Shown one piece after another: positions 48,379-63,200 of a stretch of DNA of 64,000 nt (position 1 is its first letter; each line of letters begins with the position of its first letter). Location of the stretch: contig OZ316893.1 in assembly GCA_973895155.1 (NCBI GenBank), positions 14,786,645 to 14,850,644 on the forward strand. Reading direction: 5' to 3'. The position numbers and the translations under genes are program-made. The stretch comes from Marsupella aquatica. Taxonomy: Eukaryota > Plantae > Marchantiophyta. Below the pieces are notes generated by a model that searched no databases, was not told the DNA's origin, and worked only from the letters and a program-made list of their open reading frames with translations.

Positions 48379-51300
48379 ATGGTGTATCCCACAGGTCCGC
48401 CAATTTGTGGGAGTCCTGCAGACCCCACATGCAAGGTTCGGATCACGAGTGTTCGTGACGTGGGGCTGATTATCGTATACGCATATTGGGGCTTGAACAT
48501 TTTGTCGTACACGATTTGGGTGTCTTACAAATCGAGGAGACTCAAGAAGGACCCCGTTCAGCCTTTCGTCATCTCACAAAAGAAAACGAAGGGAGGAAAG
48601 ACGAAGGAGCAAACGAGGACTGTGTGCGATGACATTGTGGTGAAAGTGGAGAAAGGGGATGAGCTTCGAGTGCTGCTGGACGACGTTAAGGAGGTCCGGT
48701 TCACGGGGTACAAGCGGACGTTCTTTGGAGAGTACTGTTGGTATTTGGCGTGCCTGACTTGTGTCCATTGGATTGCCCTCTGGCTCGTTCTGCTGGTTGA
48801 TACGTACAACAAGTGTCAGGTGAAGGGCATCGACGGCCTCTGCTTCTATGGCAACCACTTCATCTTCGGTACCTACGAGTCCAACGCCACGGTACAACTC
48901 ATGTCATTCTTTTGTCGAAGATTTCATTTCACGTCTGTCTGTCTGGCAATTGGACATACTTATGTGCCCTTTAGAAGCGAGACTCTTCCTTGCTTAGGAA
49001 ATTGAGTACCAGCTAGGCTACTTCAGAGGAGGTTGCAGAAGAATAAAATGAAAACAGTGAGTGATTGAATAAAAGTACATATATGAGTTGTTAAGTAAGA
49101 GAGAGCATTGAGACAAGAGAAAGAGAGGCAGAAAGAAAAGGGCAATACAGGTCCCGTTAGAGAGAATGAATTGGAGGTCGGTTCAAGCCACAAGTTACCG
49201 AGCAAGTTACAAATTGGACGCTCCGTTCACTCCCTCTAGCAGTTTGTTGAAGGACTCATAATTTGCTGAACGGAACTCCATATTCTTTTGTGTTTGCTCA
49301 GCAAGTTGCTTTCAGCAAATGATTCATAGTGCTCCCAATTCATTTCTATCTGCTGACTCATTTTTGTTTGGAACGCAACTTGATTATAGAGTATGAATCC
49401 GAGCAAAGCACTTTTCGGGAGTCAGGAAACAGAAATGAATTGGGAGTCGACTCAGAGTAGGCACTAGCTTTTGAAAAAAACAGTCTTTTCCTATGAGAGT
49501 GAGTTTGATCTGGCCTCGATCAGACTGAGTGATTCAGAACATAGCTGCGCAAGGTCGCTTCCTAAGACATTTGTTAGTGTGTCTAAAACCAATTTTGTTG
49601 ACATTGCGAAGTGAAAAACTAATGGGGAATGATGTATGTCAGGTTTTCTTCGTTCTCTGGTGGCTACTAGCCATATGGTACTTCTTCTGGATGCTGAATC
49701 GTGACCAAGTGCACAACTGGTTCCGCATGCCTTGCAAGCTTTCGGAGGCTCGTGTGGTGCACGCATGGGCGCCGAACCAGCAGGAAATTCTTAGTACCAA
49801 TGTGTCTTTCGTCGTGCGCTTAACCCGCAGGATCAAGGTAGGCGACGACCCTGGTGGGCCATTAGTTTCTCAGCCAATTGAGCTTCTACACATTCAGCAG
49901 TTCCACTTTTGGACATTGAATCTGACGTGGCGCATGACTTAACATATTTCAAGGAAGGCCATCAGCGATTTTAGTGGCTGGCCTTCCTTGAAATGATTGA
50001 CCAGTCTTGCATTCCTCAACGGAAAGAAAACCTTTTAATTGTGGGTCACCGATCCTCAGTTATAATTGGTTTGCTTAGTTTTCGTTGTCTTCTGGCTGGG
50101 CTAATCCCATTAATACAGAGTATCATGCAGATTAGTTCTACGTACAGTATTGTTCCTCGTTGATACAGTAATCGGTATTGAGTTAGAGTGGAGATTTCCA
50201 CGGCTGTACTGCTGCTGGCGCAAATTCTGGATTATTGCATCCAGGCAAATTCCCTTTTTAAATGCAAGTGAAGCATGTTTTCTCTCAGGGAATTTGATTT
50301 TTCCCTAAGCTCAATAAACATTCTTCCTCCAGTAGAACAAAAAAACAAAACAATTAACGCCCATGTGTAGCAATAACCACGCAATCCGAAAGCAAAAATT
50401 AGTGTCGAAATTTTCGAAAGTTTTCTGACCATTTTAATGAGCTCAATTCTTTGAGTGCTTGAGTGACTATGTGGCTGACTGTATTAGGTGTCCTGCGTTT
50501 GAGAGTTTTTCAATTAAGTACTGTATTCATTCACGTTGTAATTCGCTTCAATTTTCGAGTAGATTGATTTAAGTGCCACTTTCTCAAAGTTGAGAAATTC
50601 TGCTCATCAAATCTACTCGAAAAGAAGTCCTGCGTAATCGATACTCTGTATCTCTGGAGTTGCACTACTATAGCCCACAGGACGCAATGAAGGAGGTGTA
50701 CGTGACTAGGTCTCTTATCTATGTTACCCTGGTTTTGAATTCGTTCTTAAGTTGAGGGTCATGATGGGGTTTATTTGCTTCTGATCAGGATTCGGTAATA
50801 CCGCAAGAAAGGCAAGGCCACTCTGAAACGGTTGTCATCCAGAAAACCGGTGCTGGGTTATGCTATTTCCTTTTCCAAGGGCACCGATATTTGTTGAACG
50901 GGAATGTAGCCCGTCTATCAAATTATGCTGTTGGCAACACATACTCCGACTTTCTCCAGGTCCTTCATTCTCATTCCTACTCCTCTTGCTTGACAGAGAC
51001 TAAAGCGGGCTCTTTATTTGCAACGTGTCATGGAAATCAGCACTAGCAGCAAGCTGTATCGTTTTGGATTCAGGAGGTTCTTTTCAGATAATCGTTTTTG
51101 CTGGCTATTCAGTCCATCTGTGGTTAGTCACGCAGTCCTGGTATGACGCATTCCCTTCCTCGTGCCGTCCAAGGAGTATTAGTATGTGACAGGGATTAAG
51201 GATTTGTCAAACCAACTGTGCGTGATGTTTTGGATTTTGTAGAGCATAACTGTTGAATCATTTGATCTTCAAATTACCAGAAAGTTGCCTCTCAAGCATG

Positions 51301-54300
51301 AAGATAGTAGCTGTGGTCAAATAATTGAACATGCTGCTGCTTCAATGACACGATAGTCTGCGGCACCTTGATTACGGAAATTACTGTCAATGAATTTGGA
51401 TGGTATATGATAGATTAGAGTCAGTGAATTTGGATGGTATATGATTGATATTGGAAAAACTTGATTGTAATATCAGGAGAGATTGCTCCAGTGTTAGTAT
51501 GTTAACGGTGCCACCTCTCGTCGCTCACAATACAAGATATAACTAGCACCAGTTGGGTCATTTGACTATAAGGTCTTGCTGCTGATCTTAAGTCGTCCCT
51601 CTACAGTATCTCGTCAAGATTCTGTTTTGTTGTGACCAAAAGAACTGTTCTCTGGATAGATATGTCTGTTTTACATCTATTTCTCAAACTCCTACCTGTG
51701 CCTCTGTTGAAGTGTCGTTTGGAAGGAAACCAAATATGCAACTTTACTGATTCACATCACTCTATCTGTTTGTAGAGAAGTTCAACACTTTGTCCAATAA
51801 TGAACTAGTTCTTGTTGACATTCACTTATTTTATAACGTACAGGCTTCAGAAGGACTCTCCAGAAAAGTGGCTGAAGAACGACTGGAGCTGCTGGGACCC
51901 AATGAAATACCATTCAGGGCTGAACCCTTTTGGTTCACTGTATATGACGAAGTTTTCACTCTTTTCCATGCATACCAGACCATCATGTACCTTGAGTGGC
52001 TTTGGTTTGCATATCTTTTCGTGGCAGCAATTCTTATCACTGTTGTCATACTCAGCGCTTGCATCACCATATATACTCGCCGAAAATCTCAGCTTGCGAT
52101 TGCTAAGGTAATGGTCACAATATTCTTTCACTTACGATCATTTTTGAACTCTAGTGTCAAAAGAAAGAATTCGAATGTTTTTTACTTGCTGATGGGAAGG
52201 AGCTGAACTTTTGCATGTAGATAACTGACAGTAAGACAGACGCAGTGGTGATGCGGAGTGGGAAGTGGGTTGAGATAGCGTCTCGGGAATTAGTTCCTGG
52301 AGACGTCCTGAAGATCAAGAATGACTGGCTTCTTCCTTGTGATGTAGTAATTATTAGAGGTGCATAATCCTCTATTTTTACTTTTCAGTCGATAAAGAAG
52401 AATTGTAAGAAGCATGAATGAAATTGAAAGTTTTAAGGTTGATGGGAACGCAAATGGACCATGGGACCAGTAATATGGAGCACGTTGATTAAAGGACCCT
52501 AAAGTTCCAAATATACTAGTTGATCAACAACTAGTATCACCAAAAGTCAATCATAATCAGTTTAGCTGAATGTGAACAGCGTGGCATCTGAGGAAATATG
52601 ATGAGTAAGAAAAGATCAAGTATCTCCTATTAAAGTCGTAATATAGTTGTTTCTATGAAGATGTCCTGGCAAATAAGAAAGATTGACTTGAAGGGCAAGA
52701 AGGACTTACAATCTTTCTTATTGTCAGGAAATCTTTCTAAAACTACGATATAATTACGTTTCATGGCATAATAGACAAATATAGCTTGGTTTCAGGATCC
52801 GATTGGTTAATAAATTTAGCTTCCATCATTGCCTCAGAGAATTGACGACTGGAAGAGCAACTTAGTGGGCACGTTTTGCAAGGAGTTTCGAGCTTTAGGG
52901 TCGTGGATAGCTTTAGTGTGGGACACTATCCTTCTCCATCCAGGCTCTTAAACAAACGTGAGAAACTTGCAGGGTTTTCTGTTTGTGATGAAAGCAACTT
53001 AACAGGGGAAGCGATGCCAATACAAAAATATGCTCCCACCAACGGACAAGATATTTACGATCCAGACGGCCATGGAGCACGTCATACACTGTTCTCAGGT
53101 ACAACAGTTCTCCAAGCCGGAACAAGTCCTTCTGATGAGGTGGTGGGAGTCGTTAGCGCTACAGGTAATTTACTACCAGATTCAATTTCTTTTCCAAATC
53201 CTTAATAAAGTACATTTGTTATTCAGTTGCAATGGCTTCTGGTAGGATTTATAAAATATGATTTCCAGTTTTCGAAAGCTCGCTGGCTTTCCATCCATGA
53301 TACCAGTTCAGTGCACTAACTACTGAAACACTGGAGTCAGTCTACTTGTGAGGTTGCAAGCTCTACTTAAGATAGCATCTTGAGAAAAACTTCAAAGAGA
53401 GCAGAATCCATCCTGACTCTTCGTAATATTTTCCGGTTTCTAATGTCTCGTCATGCCATGACATAAATCAGGCATGGCTACGTCAAAAGGAAACCTTTTG
53501 ACAAGCATTCTTTATCCAGAGCGCATGGTGTTCAAGTATGATGAGGAGCTTCCCATCGTGGTCTTGGTTCTTCTGTGCTATGCTTGTGTGTGCTTTGTAA
53601 TTTCTCTGCTGTTCCAGGTGAGCACGAATAGCTCATCTACTCGTAAGAATTCACCTCTCTTGTTGGCGTCAATCAGTGTGTTCGCTGTTTCTCTTGAATA
53701 GCTTCATGGAGGAACTTGTTCAGTGAAAAGTTGCACTGCTTGGAAAGAAACATTCTTGTGTCCGATCGTTATTAGACTTTGCCGCCAGAAATAAGGATGA
53801 AGACGGGACCATTCGGACCAGATGAAACTGATAAGCTGAAACTTCGCAGCAACACAATGGCCAACAGAGCATATGGATCACCAAGTTTGTGTATTGCACA
53901 GCAATCTTGAGCCAGACTGTATCTCCTCTGTTACCGGTCGCTCTGGAAGTGGGCCAACTTCATGCAGTGGATCGGCTAAAGGTTAGTGCTTTTGAGCTAT
54001 AATATTCTGGTTAGCACATGCGTTCACTCTCTGAGGACTTCATTGTTGTCATGGCTGGAAAAATCTCTTTTAACGATACAACTTGTGTGTTTTTGTAGAC
54101 CTCGGTTAGAAACTAAGCAATGACTCGTCCATGATTCTCAAGCACCTAACTACATTGTTTGAAACAGCAAGTTGGAATCCACTGTCTGAACCCAAAGCGG
54201 ATAGCAATTGCTGGGAAGATCCGAGTTTTTTGCTTTGACAAAACTGGCACTCTCACCAAGAATGGACTCGACTTTATTGGTATACAAAGTAGCCACATAA

Positions 54301-57300
54301 ATGCGGGAGATCGAAAGCCAGCATTTCAAGATCAGATTTGTATGGAGGATGTCGACATGCTCACTATGCATGGTCTAGCCACCTGCCATGGTGTCACTCG
54401 ATTTGGAGACCAATACGTGGGCAATGAAGTTGAGGTATTGTCTTTCGTTTCTGGATCATATTCCAAAGATAATTTGACAGAATGATAATGGCATCTGCTT
54501 ACTGCACAATGTCCAACCCACTTCTGCTTGATGCTGCATTTCAGTCAGACTTTGCACATTCTTCTAGCCTATTACGTAGTGTCAAACTAGTCTTGGTCTT
54601 GTGCTTTCTTGTGGCTCACCGACTACTTTTGAACTTTGTTACTCGGCCCTTCAAGTTAAGTGGACATTCAACTCAATTTGATGCTAGTCTCGTAGTCAGA
54701 GTTTGGCAGTTCAACGAGGTACTGAAGCCATCAGGTTTTCGGACCAATGCAGGTACGGATGTTTTCAGCCACTGGATGGGACCTTGTTGAGACTCCCGGA
54801 CAGCACCCGGTGGTTCGTAGAGGGGGTAACGAACTTACCATTATCAAAAGGCATGAGTTTGATCATTCTCGAGCTACAATGAGCGTTATTGTCCAAGATG
54901 CTGGAGGCGAGTGTTTTGTTTACTGTAAGGTAAAAGAGTGTGTTATCTACTTGATAATGTTAATTGTAATATAGATGTCTCCTTTCAAAGAATGAAAGCA
55001 CTAGCATAACATTGCTCTGGTTTCTGCACCAGGGCTCGTTTGAGAAGATTGGAGAAATAAGTGATATAAACAGCCTTCCAGAGGACTATCTTAAGGTTGC
55101 ACAGGGCCATTCTCTTAATGGTTGCTACACTCTGGGTTTGAGTTACAGGTCTGGTCTCTGGTTTCGTCCTTCCCATGTTCTCTTGTGCACTCAGGGTGTA
55201 GCATTCTCTTAAATTTCAGGTCACGTTGATGGTCATTTCCTGCATGCATCCGTTTCTTTCTGATATATTCTTGCTCTTTGGGACCCCAAGATAGCTCCTC
55301 GGCGACCATGACATTTATTGTCTATAATCATACTCTTGTGAGCTAGTGCTTGGTTTGATGTGACCTTATGATGAGTTTTCCCTCGGGGAAACAATTCTAC
55401 ATTTGACCATGACTCGAGGAAATGTAGCCTCTCTCTCCAGCTTCATGTCGTTAATTTTGAGTTCACGGATATGTCTGTTGCTTTGCATTCGCTTACTTCA
55501 TGATACTTATTGATCAGTCTCATTTGTCTCCGTGGGCAGGAGTCTTGGGAAACCTGAAATCATCGATAACGTATTGTTCTTGCCAAGAGAAGAGCTGGAA
55601 ACAGGCCTCCGTTTCCTGGCACTCGTCATGTTCCGTAACGAGCTGAAAGCTGACTCTCGAGGTGCCATTGAAGCTCTAAAATCTGGGGAGGTAAGAATTG
55701 AAGCAGGACATCAACTTTGCAGCATATACCCCATGCCACAAATTTGTTGAAACTGAAGTAAATGTGCTGCATGCTTTGTTCACAGGTACGCACCCTGATG
55801 GTGACGGGAGACAATGCCCAAACTGGATATTATATTGCTAAACAATGTGCACTTGTGGAAGAGCATGTACCAGTGATGCTTTCTGAACTGGACTCAGTTG
55901 GCAGGTACTACAACCATGGACATACCTTCTAGTTCCCCTCTGAAATTATGAGCATTGACTTCTAACTGAATGACTAAATTGACCATGGGTACCGATCAAT
56001 GCATACATGGGAACGAAAGCAGAGCGCAACTATAGACCATCATAGTTGGGCCACCCGTTATTAGTGATTACATATCGTCTTCAGTGGAGAAAGCATAAGC
56101 AGAATTCTCCTTCCTCTTGGTAATTTTTGGACTTGACAAAATTTCAATCAGAGGGAGGTACTCCGTTGCAGCGTTTTTTAATGATAATTCATGATGCAGA
56201 GTGACGTGGTCAACAATGGGTACCAATCCGGGTCACAACCAGAGAAAACTGACAACTGAGGAACTCCTAAGAGAAAACTCAAAAGCCTTGGAAATGGGCA
56301 CTCTGGAGCTAGCAGTAACAGGCAAAGCTTTCAGTGTGCTTCTCCAGACTGAAGTGATGATGAAACTTCTCTTCTACACACGCATATTTGCTCGCTTCAC
56401 TCCACAGGATAAGGTAGATTTTCATTCTACACTTGTTAAATGAAACACTAAGCAGTACCCTCAATAGGGTCCTCCAGATTGAACCATAGCAAAAGTTAAC
56501 TGAGAATCACTTGCTAATGTAATGTGCAGGTGAAAGTCACAAATATGCACAGGGATCGGGGACTAGTGGTTGGCATGTGTGGGGATGGCGGTAATGACTG
56601 TGGTGCACTGAGATCTGCACATGCTGGGGTTGCACTCAGTACTGCTGAAGCATCAGTTGTTTCACCTTTCACTTCAGAATCCAAATCGGTGAGCCATTTC
56701 AGAGAATTTTATATCTTAGCAATTATCTCCTGGCTCAATTAGTTTCATTTCTCACGTCTGGACCTTTTTCACGCATGAGTTTTATAATTATTGCCCAAAT
56801 CTCGGATCTCCAGACAGCAATCTCTTCAGTTTTAACGGAAAAATGAGGTTAGAAACCACTAGATATTAGTCGTACAGACGCATTATCGATTTTTAATGTG
56901 AAGCTGATGGTAAGATGGTAAGTTGTACAGTATCGGTCGTCAAGTCATTTTGGTAGCACCTCAGGACACTTAATAACCATTGCTGATGTGTATCTCTTTA
57001 GGTTGCTTCAGTGGTGGAACTTCTACGAGAGGGTCGAGGAGCCCTACACACATCATTTGCTTGCTACAAATTTCTCATTATGTATGGATTGACATTTTCC
57101 GTCTTCAAGCTTGCATGCAACTGGTAAACGGTCCTTCCTGTCTCCACTGCTCTGGAGATAATGAGTTCCAGATAAAGGTTTTGAACAAGATGGATTCAAG
57201 GAGTAGAATCTTGTTGACGTCCAAAGGGAAAACATTAATTTTCATAACTTTCTTTGGCCCTAGGTTACTGGAGACAAGTAGTTTCCCGTTGCAAGTATCA

Positions 57301-60273
57301 TGAGAATCACAGCTCGATTACTGACAATTTTAGTAGTCAAATGTTTTTAATTCTATGTTCTTTAGCTGCATGTGATTAATCAAGACTTGCTTCTCTGAAT
57401 TGGGGCAACGAAGGTAAGTCTTGCAGACAGACTTCCTGGCATTAGTGAATATCTCAGTCAGTATCATTCCGGAAGATGTACTTGCAGGTACGGTGTGATT
57501 GCCTGTCAAATGGATTACTTGATTATTGATGGAGTTGCTGTCATAGCCTTGGGCTATTCCATGACTCTGAGTCAGCCTTCCAAAACACTTCAGAGGGTGA
57601 GTTAACATATCAGCTTCACCAACCTTCTTTTCCAAAAGCACTTTATCGTCAAGAGCATTGTCTCTTTATCCATTTAGATCGCTGCATTGTCAAGCATAAC
57701 ATGTAGAGAAATTTGAGATTTGTTTTCTATCCACCTTCGATGAGATTGAGAGAATTATTACTCAGGATTTGAAGCTGCAGAAACTCTACGGCTATCCTCA
57801 TAATTTCTGGACATCCATCTGCATGCAGGAGCGGCCCACGTCTTCTTTACTTGGTGCACATAGCGTGGCTTCTGTCCTTGGTGTCTGGACAATTAACGTC
57901 CTTTTCTTGATTGCTGCTCTTATGTACATGGCGTCGTTACCGGGTTATGTGCAGTGGCCAGCACAGTAAGATCTTCATCCCGAGAAGCACCCTTATAAAC
58001 TTCAGCAGTCACCGATGTTTGCCAGTAACTGCCAAAGATATTTCGTCAAGATTAGGATAGTTTAAGAAACTCACTACTTTGCTTCTCCTCTTCGGTGTGC
58101 TAAATGCATGTGATGACTGAGATGATTGGCTGAACCTCAGGACTGGAGGCTATTCTTTCTGAACGGTGCATTTTCGAATGCGTGCAGATACTCAACGGGT
58201 GCAAGTTGGTGGCTACTAGGAGATAACTGGGAATCAAGCGTGATATTTTTCACCCTGTACCTTCAGTTTGTGACAACCGCTTTTTCGTTCACGTTTGGTG
58301 CCACTTTCCGGAGGAGTGTTTTATGGAACTACGGTCTCACGGTACTGTAAGCATAAACTCATATTTTCCTTACGTTGTCACATTCATTCAGAGAGCTGTC
58401 TGGAATGCTAGCCAGCGTGCATGGCTCCAGGCATTGCATCTACAGAAATTTGACTCTGAGCAAACAGGCATGAAAATCATGTCTCCAAACTTAGTGCTTC
58501 AGGAAGGGTGCACAATGTCTTGCATTGTGCTCGATGGTTTGTGGAGAGAAAACTTACCAATTTAGAAGGGGTGACCGGGTGGTGCAGGCAGCATGGGCAA
58601 CAATTGTATGCGTTGTTTCGTGTGTGATTCTCCTTCCTAGCAATGGCTTCACTCAGCTCTTTCACATGTCCAGCGAACAGTTCAACCGTCCTGGAGCACC
58701 AAATGTGGTGTGGCAGACGTACCAGGTGCTTACAAACAAATACATCTCTCTTCACCAATCAACCATATCTAACTTTTTCCTCACTCTGTGTCCTTTGCTC
58801 ACTTTCTGTTTCCTTTGCAGTACAAAGTATCTGTTGTTGTTAATTAATGCATTTTCCTGGAGATCGCCAGAGGAGCCCAATCATCTTCTTAACACATCTA
58901 GGCATGTAATTTTGTTCAGTCTTTTATGACCGGTTCTCTCGGTCAGGGGCCTGGTTTATGTGGGGCCTGGTTTATGTTAATCATCTTCTTAGGCCTGGTT
59001 TATGTTTAATCATCTTCTTAACACATCATGTTTAATCATCTTCTTAACACATCTAAGCGTGTAATTTTGTTCAGTCGTTTATGACCGGTCCCCTCGGTCA
59101 CGGGCCTGGTTTAAGTTTAATCATCTTCTTAACACATCTAGGTGTGTAATTGTGTTCAGTCGTTTATGACCGATCCCCTCGGTCACGGGCCTGGTTTATG
59201 TTTAATCATCTTCTTAACACATCTAGGCATGTAATTTTGTTCAGTCGTTTGTGACCGATCCCCTCAGTCAGGGGCCTGGTTTATGTTTGGTCCGGTACCA
59301 AATGGGAAGGAAAAGTGGGGGAAGAGGAAGATTGTTTTAGGCAACTTGTAGATTTGTTATTATTTTGCCATGGAAGGGAGGGGCTGGCTTGTGCAAGGAG
59401 TGGGGTTGCCCCCATGGTGACAGATGAGGGCAAAGGCAATGGGGGTGGGGCTTAGAGATAAGCACATTACAAAGCCCTTCTGGCAGTTACAGCCTCTAGA
59501 TTTACTGTTGGGATTTTTCCAAATGATGCTTGGATAGGCCACAGTATGTAACCATGCAACTAGGATGGATGCGGCTACTTTTGAGACCCAAAGAGGGACC
59601 ATTTACACAAAGGCAAGATACTACATGAGTTCAAGGCCACATTTTAAAATGGTGGATTTGGGCTGCCATGGTCCATCCAAGTTGTTTGTCAAACGCTGTG
59701 TCGCATCCCTCCTTCATTTCCTGGAATTTTTACTTCTTTTCCTTTTGGGTTTTTGTTTCTTGGTTGTTGCTGTAGGGGAGACATTCTCTCTCCAAACTTG
59801 GTTCAATAATGACATAAGTTGTAATGAATAACTGGCAGGCAAAAGGAGGGCTACCCAGTCCTGCTATGAGTTTCAGTGAAAGGCTACGCCTTTGGATCCT
59901 CATCCTTGTGAACATAAGTTGCATTGTACTTTGGACCAAGGTGATATATGTTACCCCTATGCCCCTCTCTTCCTCTTTGTATTTGTGTGGTGTGTGTAGC
60001 TTTGTGGACCATTAATTCAGATGACTAGTTTCAATCATTCAAATTTTGAATAGGTTTTATCCTCACTTTATTGTTGTGTACTTGCAGTCACAATTGAACT
60101 GTAAATAAATGATAAGTAAGCAAAGTTTGGACAGATGAGAACAATCCCCTTGAATGCCTTATGGTGTCTCATCAACAATTTGATTGGGATGCATGCAGGT
60201 GGTGATTAATGGCCCTGTTGCAAAATTAGTGGCCAAAAGATTTCCCTCTCCAGCTATCAAATTCCAGATGTAG
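48379..60273 (+). CDS. P5-type (P5B/ATP13A-like) P-type ATPase, 22 exons: 48379-48891, 49643-49837, 50789-50959, 51844-52107, 52221-52359, 52973-53164, 53472-53617, 53850-53981, 54168-54434, 54753-54929, 55033-55148, 55540-55690, 55786-55904, 56200-56413, 56530-56688, 57002-57123, 57488-57596, 57829-57965, 58188-58341, 58588-58725, 59839-59940, 60199-60273
   Basis: [29 protein letters not shown]|[51 protein letters not shown]; GT-AG junctions keep the frame. Confidence 0.92.
58879..59288. repeat. 85-bp tandem repeat in ATPase intron 20
   Basis: aatcatcttcttaacacatcta at 58879, 59034, 59119 and 59204. Confidence 0.85.
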
Positions 60274-63200
60274 ACTGCCACTACAAATTTTAAAACGGAG
60301 TCTAGATAATTTCAAGTTGGATACATTGCCAATCAAAGAATGTACTGTAGATTTTTCTTTTGAGGTTTATCAGGGCACGCTTAGCTTGATCCAAATCTTG
60401 CTTCACACTCCTGAAAGTACGACACTATTTCCTTTTTTAGCATGTGAACAACTTTTGATGTTTTGATGTTATTCTTCTATGCAAAGTCAAAATCTTGTTG
60501 TTGTGTCATGTTCCTTACAGTTTCAAGCATGTCCAATGCTGACTCTTCCATTCGTCTTGGACCTTGTGATCCCCCCACAAAACATTGATTCATGGTTCAG
60601 GTAGTTACTTTGGTAGTGCCCACCATTGGAAGGCAATACTGGTGGGGAGCATTGTATAAAATGATCCCATCATTTATCTTTTTTTTATTAAATTCATGAA
60701 CCACTAGTAATACTAGTAATATCTAGATTAAACTCATGAACCACTAGATATTACTAAGGTATCCTTCAAAACCACTAGATATTAGAAAATTTAGCACAAT
60801 GGAGCACAATGTGTAACCATGCAACCTTGATGGATCTGAAGCTTGTTGACCCAAGCGAACAACTATTTGCACAAAGACAATCCAATATTTGAGTTCAAAG
60901 CAATGCTTAAAATGGTCCATTCAGGTTGATGGTCTATCTCAGTTCATTGTCAAATGTTATGGTCCATCTGGGGTTTATTTTCTAGTAATTCATAGTTCTG
61001 GGTACCATTACAATTGTTAAAGTAAATACCCACTTCAATAAGTTTTACAAAAATGGTATTTAGGCACTCATTAACAACAAATTCAGATAGAGAAGTCATT
61101 TTCGAGTTGTCAGTGTTAAACCAAAATTTTAAGTATGCAATCCAGGTGGTTAGAATGCATTTTTCATAGATCTCATGCAAGCTTACAATCCTGTATACCC
61201 GAGTGAATCACTTGGGATGGGCTCTATGCATTCTTGACTCAAAGAGAAGAACTCATTAACTCTGCCTTGATTCTCCCCCACAGCCGACCGGAAGTAGTAC
61301 CCTGCAATTTAACATTTTTGGCAGCCTCCTGGCCACTATCACTTTTCAGGCCAAGGCTCTCACACTCGCTGCCTGTGCCCGGAAGTGATTTCCTTAATTA
61401 ACGGGATTTACTTAATGTTACCTGTACTTGAAGGGTTTTTAACTTACACTCAATGCCGGGGTCCACTCTGCAATGCATGTGGGCGACAACTCAACTGAAT
61501 CTTGAATATGTCAAACTAAGGTACTCTGCACAAGAAAGTACTCTGCGCACTCCATTGCCAACTGCACCAGAATGAAGGCTTGTGTGTGTGGTAGACCATG
61601 GCTTGTTCATGGAGATAGCAGTGCAAACTTTAGTATCATTTGCCAGCGCCTCAAATCTATGAACCAGGCACAACATACATAGTTCACAAGAGAACCCGGA
61701 ATATAGCTACCCCTAGGTGTAACAAAGAACCTGTCATTGCACATGCACTGTATAATAACAAGTACAAGGTAAGTCACATTGTCCCAATAAGTATAGTACG
61801 TTTTCTACACATACTTGAAGGGTCCTACAAAAGGTCGAAGGCCGGAAATGGCTCATGGATTGATTCCCGCGCATTTATTTATCGGCCGGGACCCGCAGTA
61901 GAGGCCGGTAGGTCCATTTTTCTGTTTTATAGAAAAAGGGCGATACCTTAGTAATACCTGCACATGTGGATCCAGTATGCAAGGAAATACCTGCAAGCAT
62001 TGATCAAGTGAATTTACCGAGGAATTTATGTGTCACATCTTACATAGCCATATCTATAATTTCATATGACATATGAGTCTAAGTATGATGGCTCTGTCTC
62101 ATACTTGAGTTTCTCTATTCTTGTACAAATGGAATTAAACTATTGCTTATGAGCTGCATGTATGAGTCTAAGGTTCTTGTTCTTCAAACCTAAGTAACTC
62201 ACTATGGCACTATGGTGGGCAGCCTGGAATTTGAGAGGGCATAGTGGCCAAAGTATGATAAATAAGTGACTAATGTCACTTTGCCAGTCAGACATCCAGC
62301 TAATATTCAAGATGCAGCCAACGGAAATGTACATGATGAGCTTGTACTAGAGGATTGTGAGGAGGTGCAGGAGGATTCAAGTAATTATGAGAAGGTATTA
62401 TAGTAGATTTATGGTAAAGTTGAGAGCATTCCTCAGTTGAGTAGCATTGGAGTGACTAGCTTCTTGAAATTAGGAGACAATATGTTTTCACTTGGGGTTG
62501 GTTATGAGTTTGTACAAATTTTAAAAATTCATTGCTGAATATGTCGAATCCATCAACAAATTGTACCTGGGGCTGACCGTAGCTTGAAGAGGAAAGAGTC
62601 ATTTGTTGACAAGATGTGGAAGAGGAGAAGGCGTTCAAAAAATTCGCACAGAAACTCAAATTGGCCTAAGGCATCTTTGCAACTCCTTTTGTGAAGGTTG
62701 TTATTATGCAAGAGTCAATTCAAAAGAAGCTTGGCAGGGCTGCTTTGGCATGCATGCATTTGAACCAGGAGCATGATTGGCATTTGACAACATCAACGGG
62801 CAATACAAGAAGCCTACAAAATAGGTTAGCAGTCAAAAGACAAACAATATTGATATTCAGAACATTGATCCATGTGCAACAATGACACACTACTTCCAAA
62901 GGTGAAACCAACTGAGGAGAAAAAGTCCCAGAAAAAGTGGGAGAAAAAGTCTCATGTCAAATGAGCATCTAACCACCTGTTGAGAAGAAGGGCATTGTTC
63001 AGCAAGTTCAAAAAGGAGTAGGAGAGAAGACAATTGTGGCTAGAATAAATCCCATGTCACTAACTCAAGTGTCATGGGACCTTTGGTATAACCTAGTATT
63101 TTTGTAAAAATCCAGCGTCTTACATCTACAACTATAATACTGAATCCCGCCTAATTTCGTCCTTTGTCCGTTTATGAAAATCAGAAATGGCAAGATCCAA

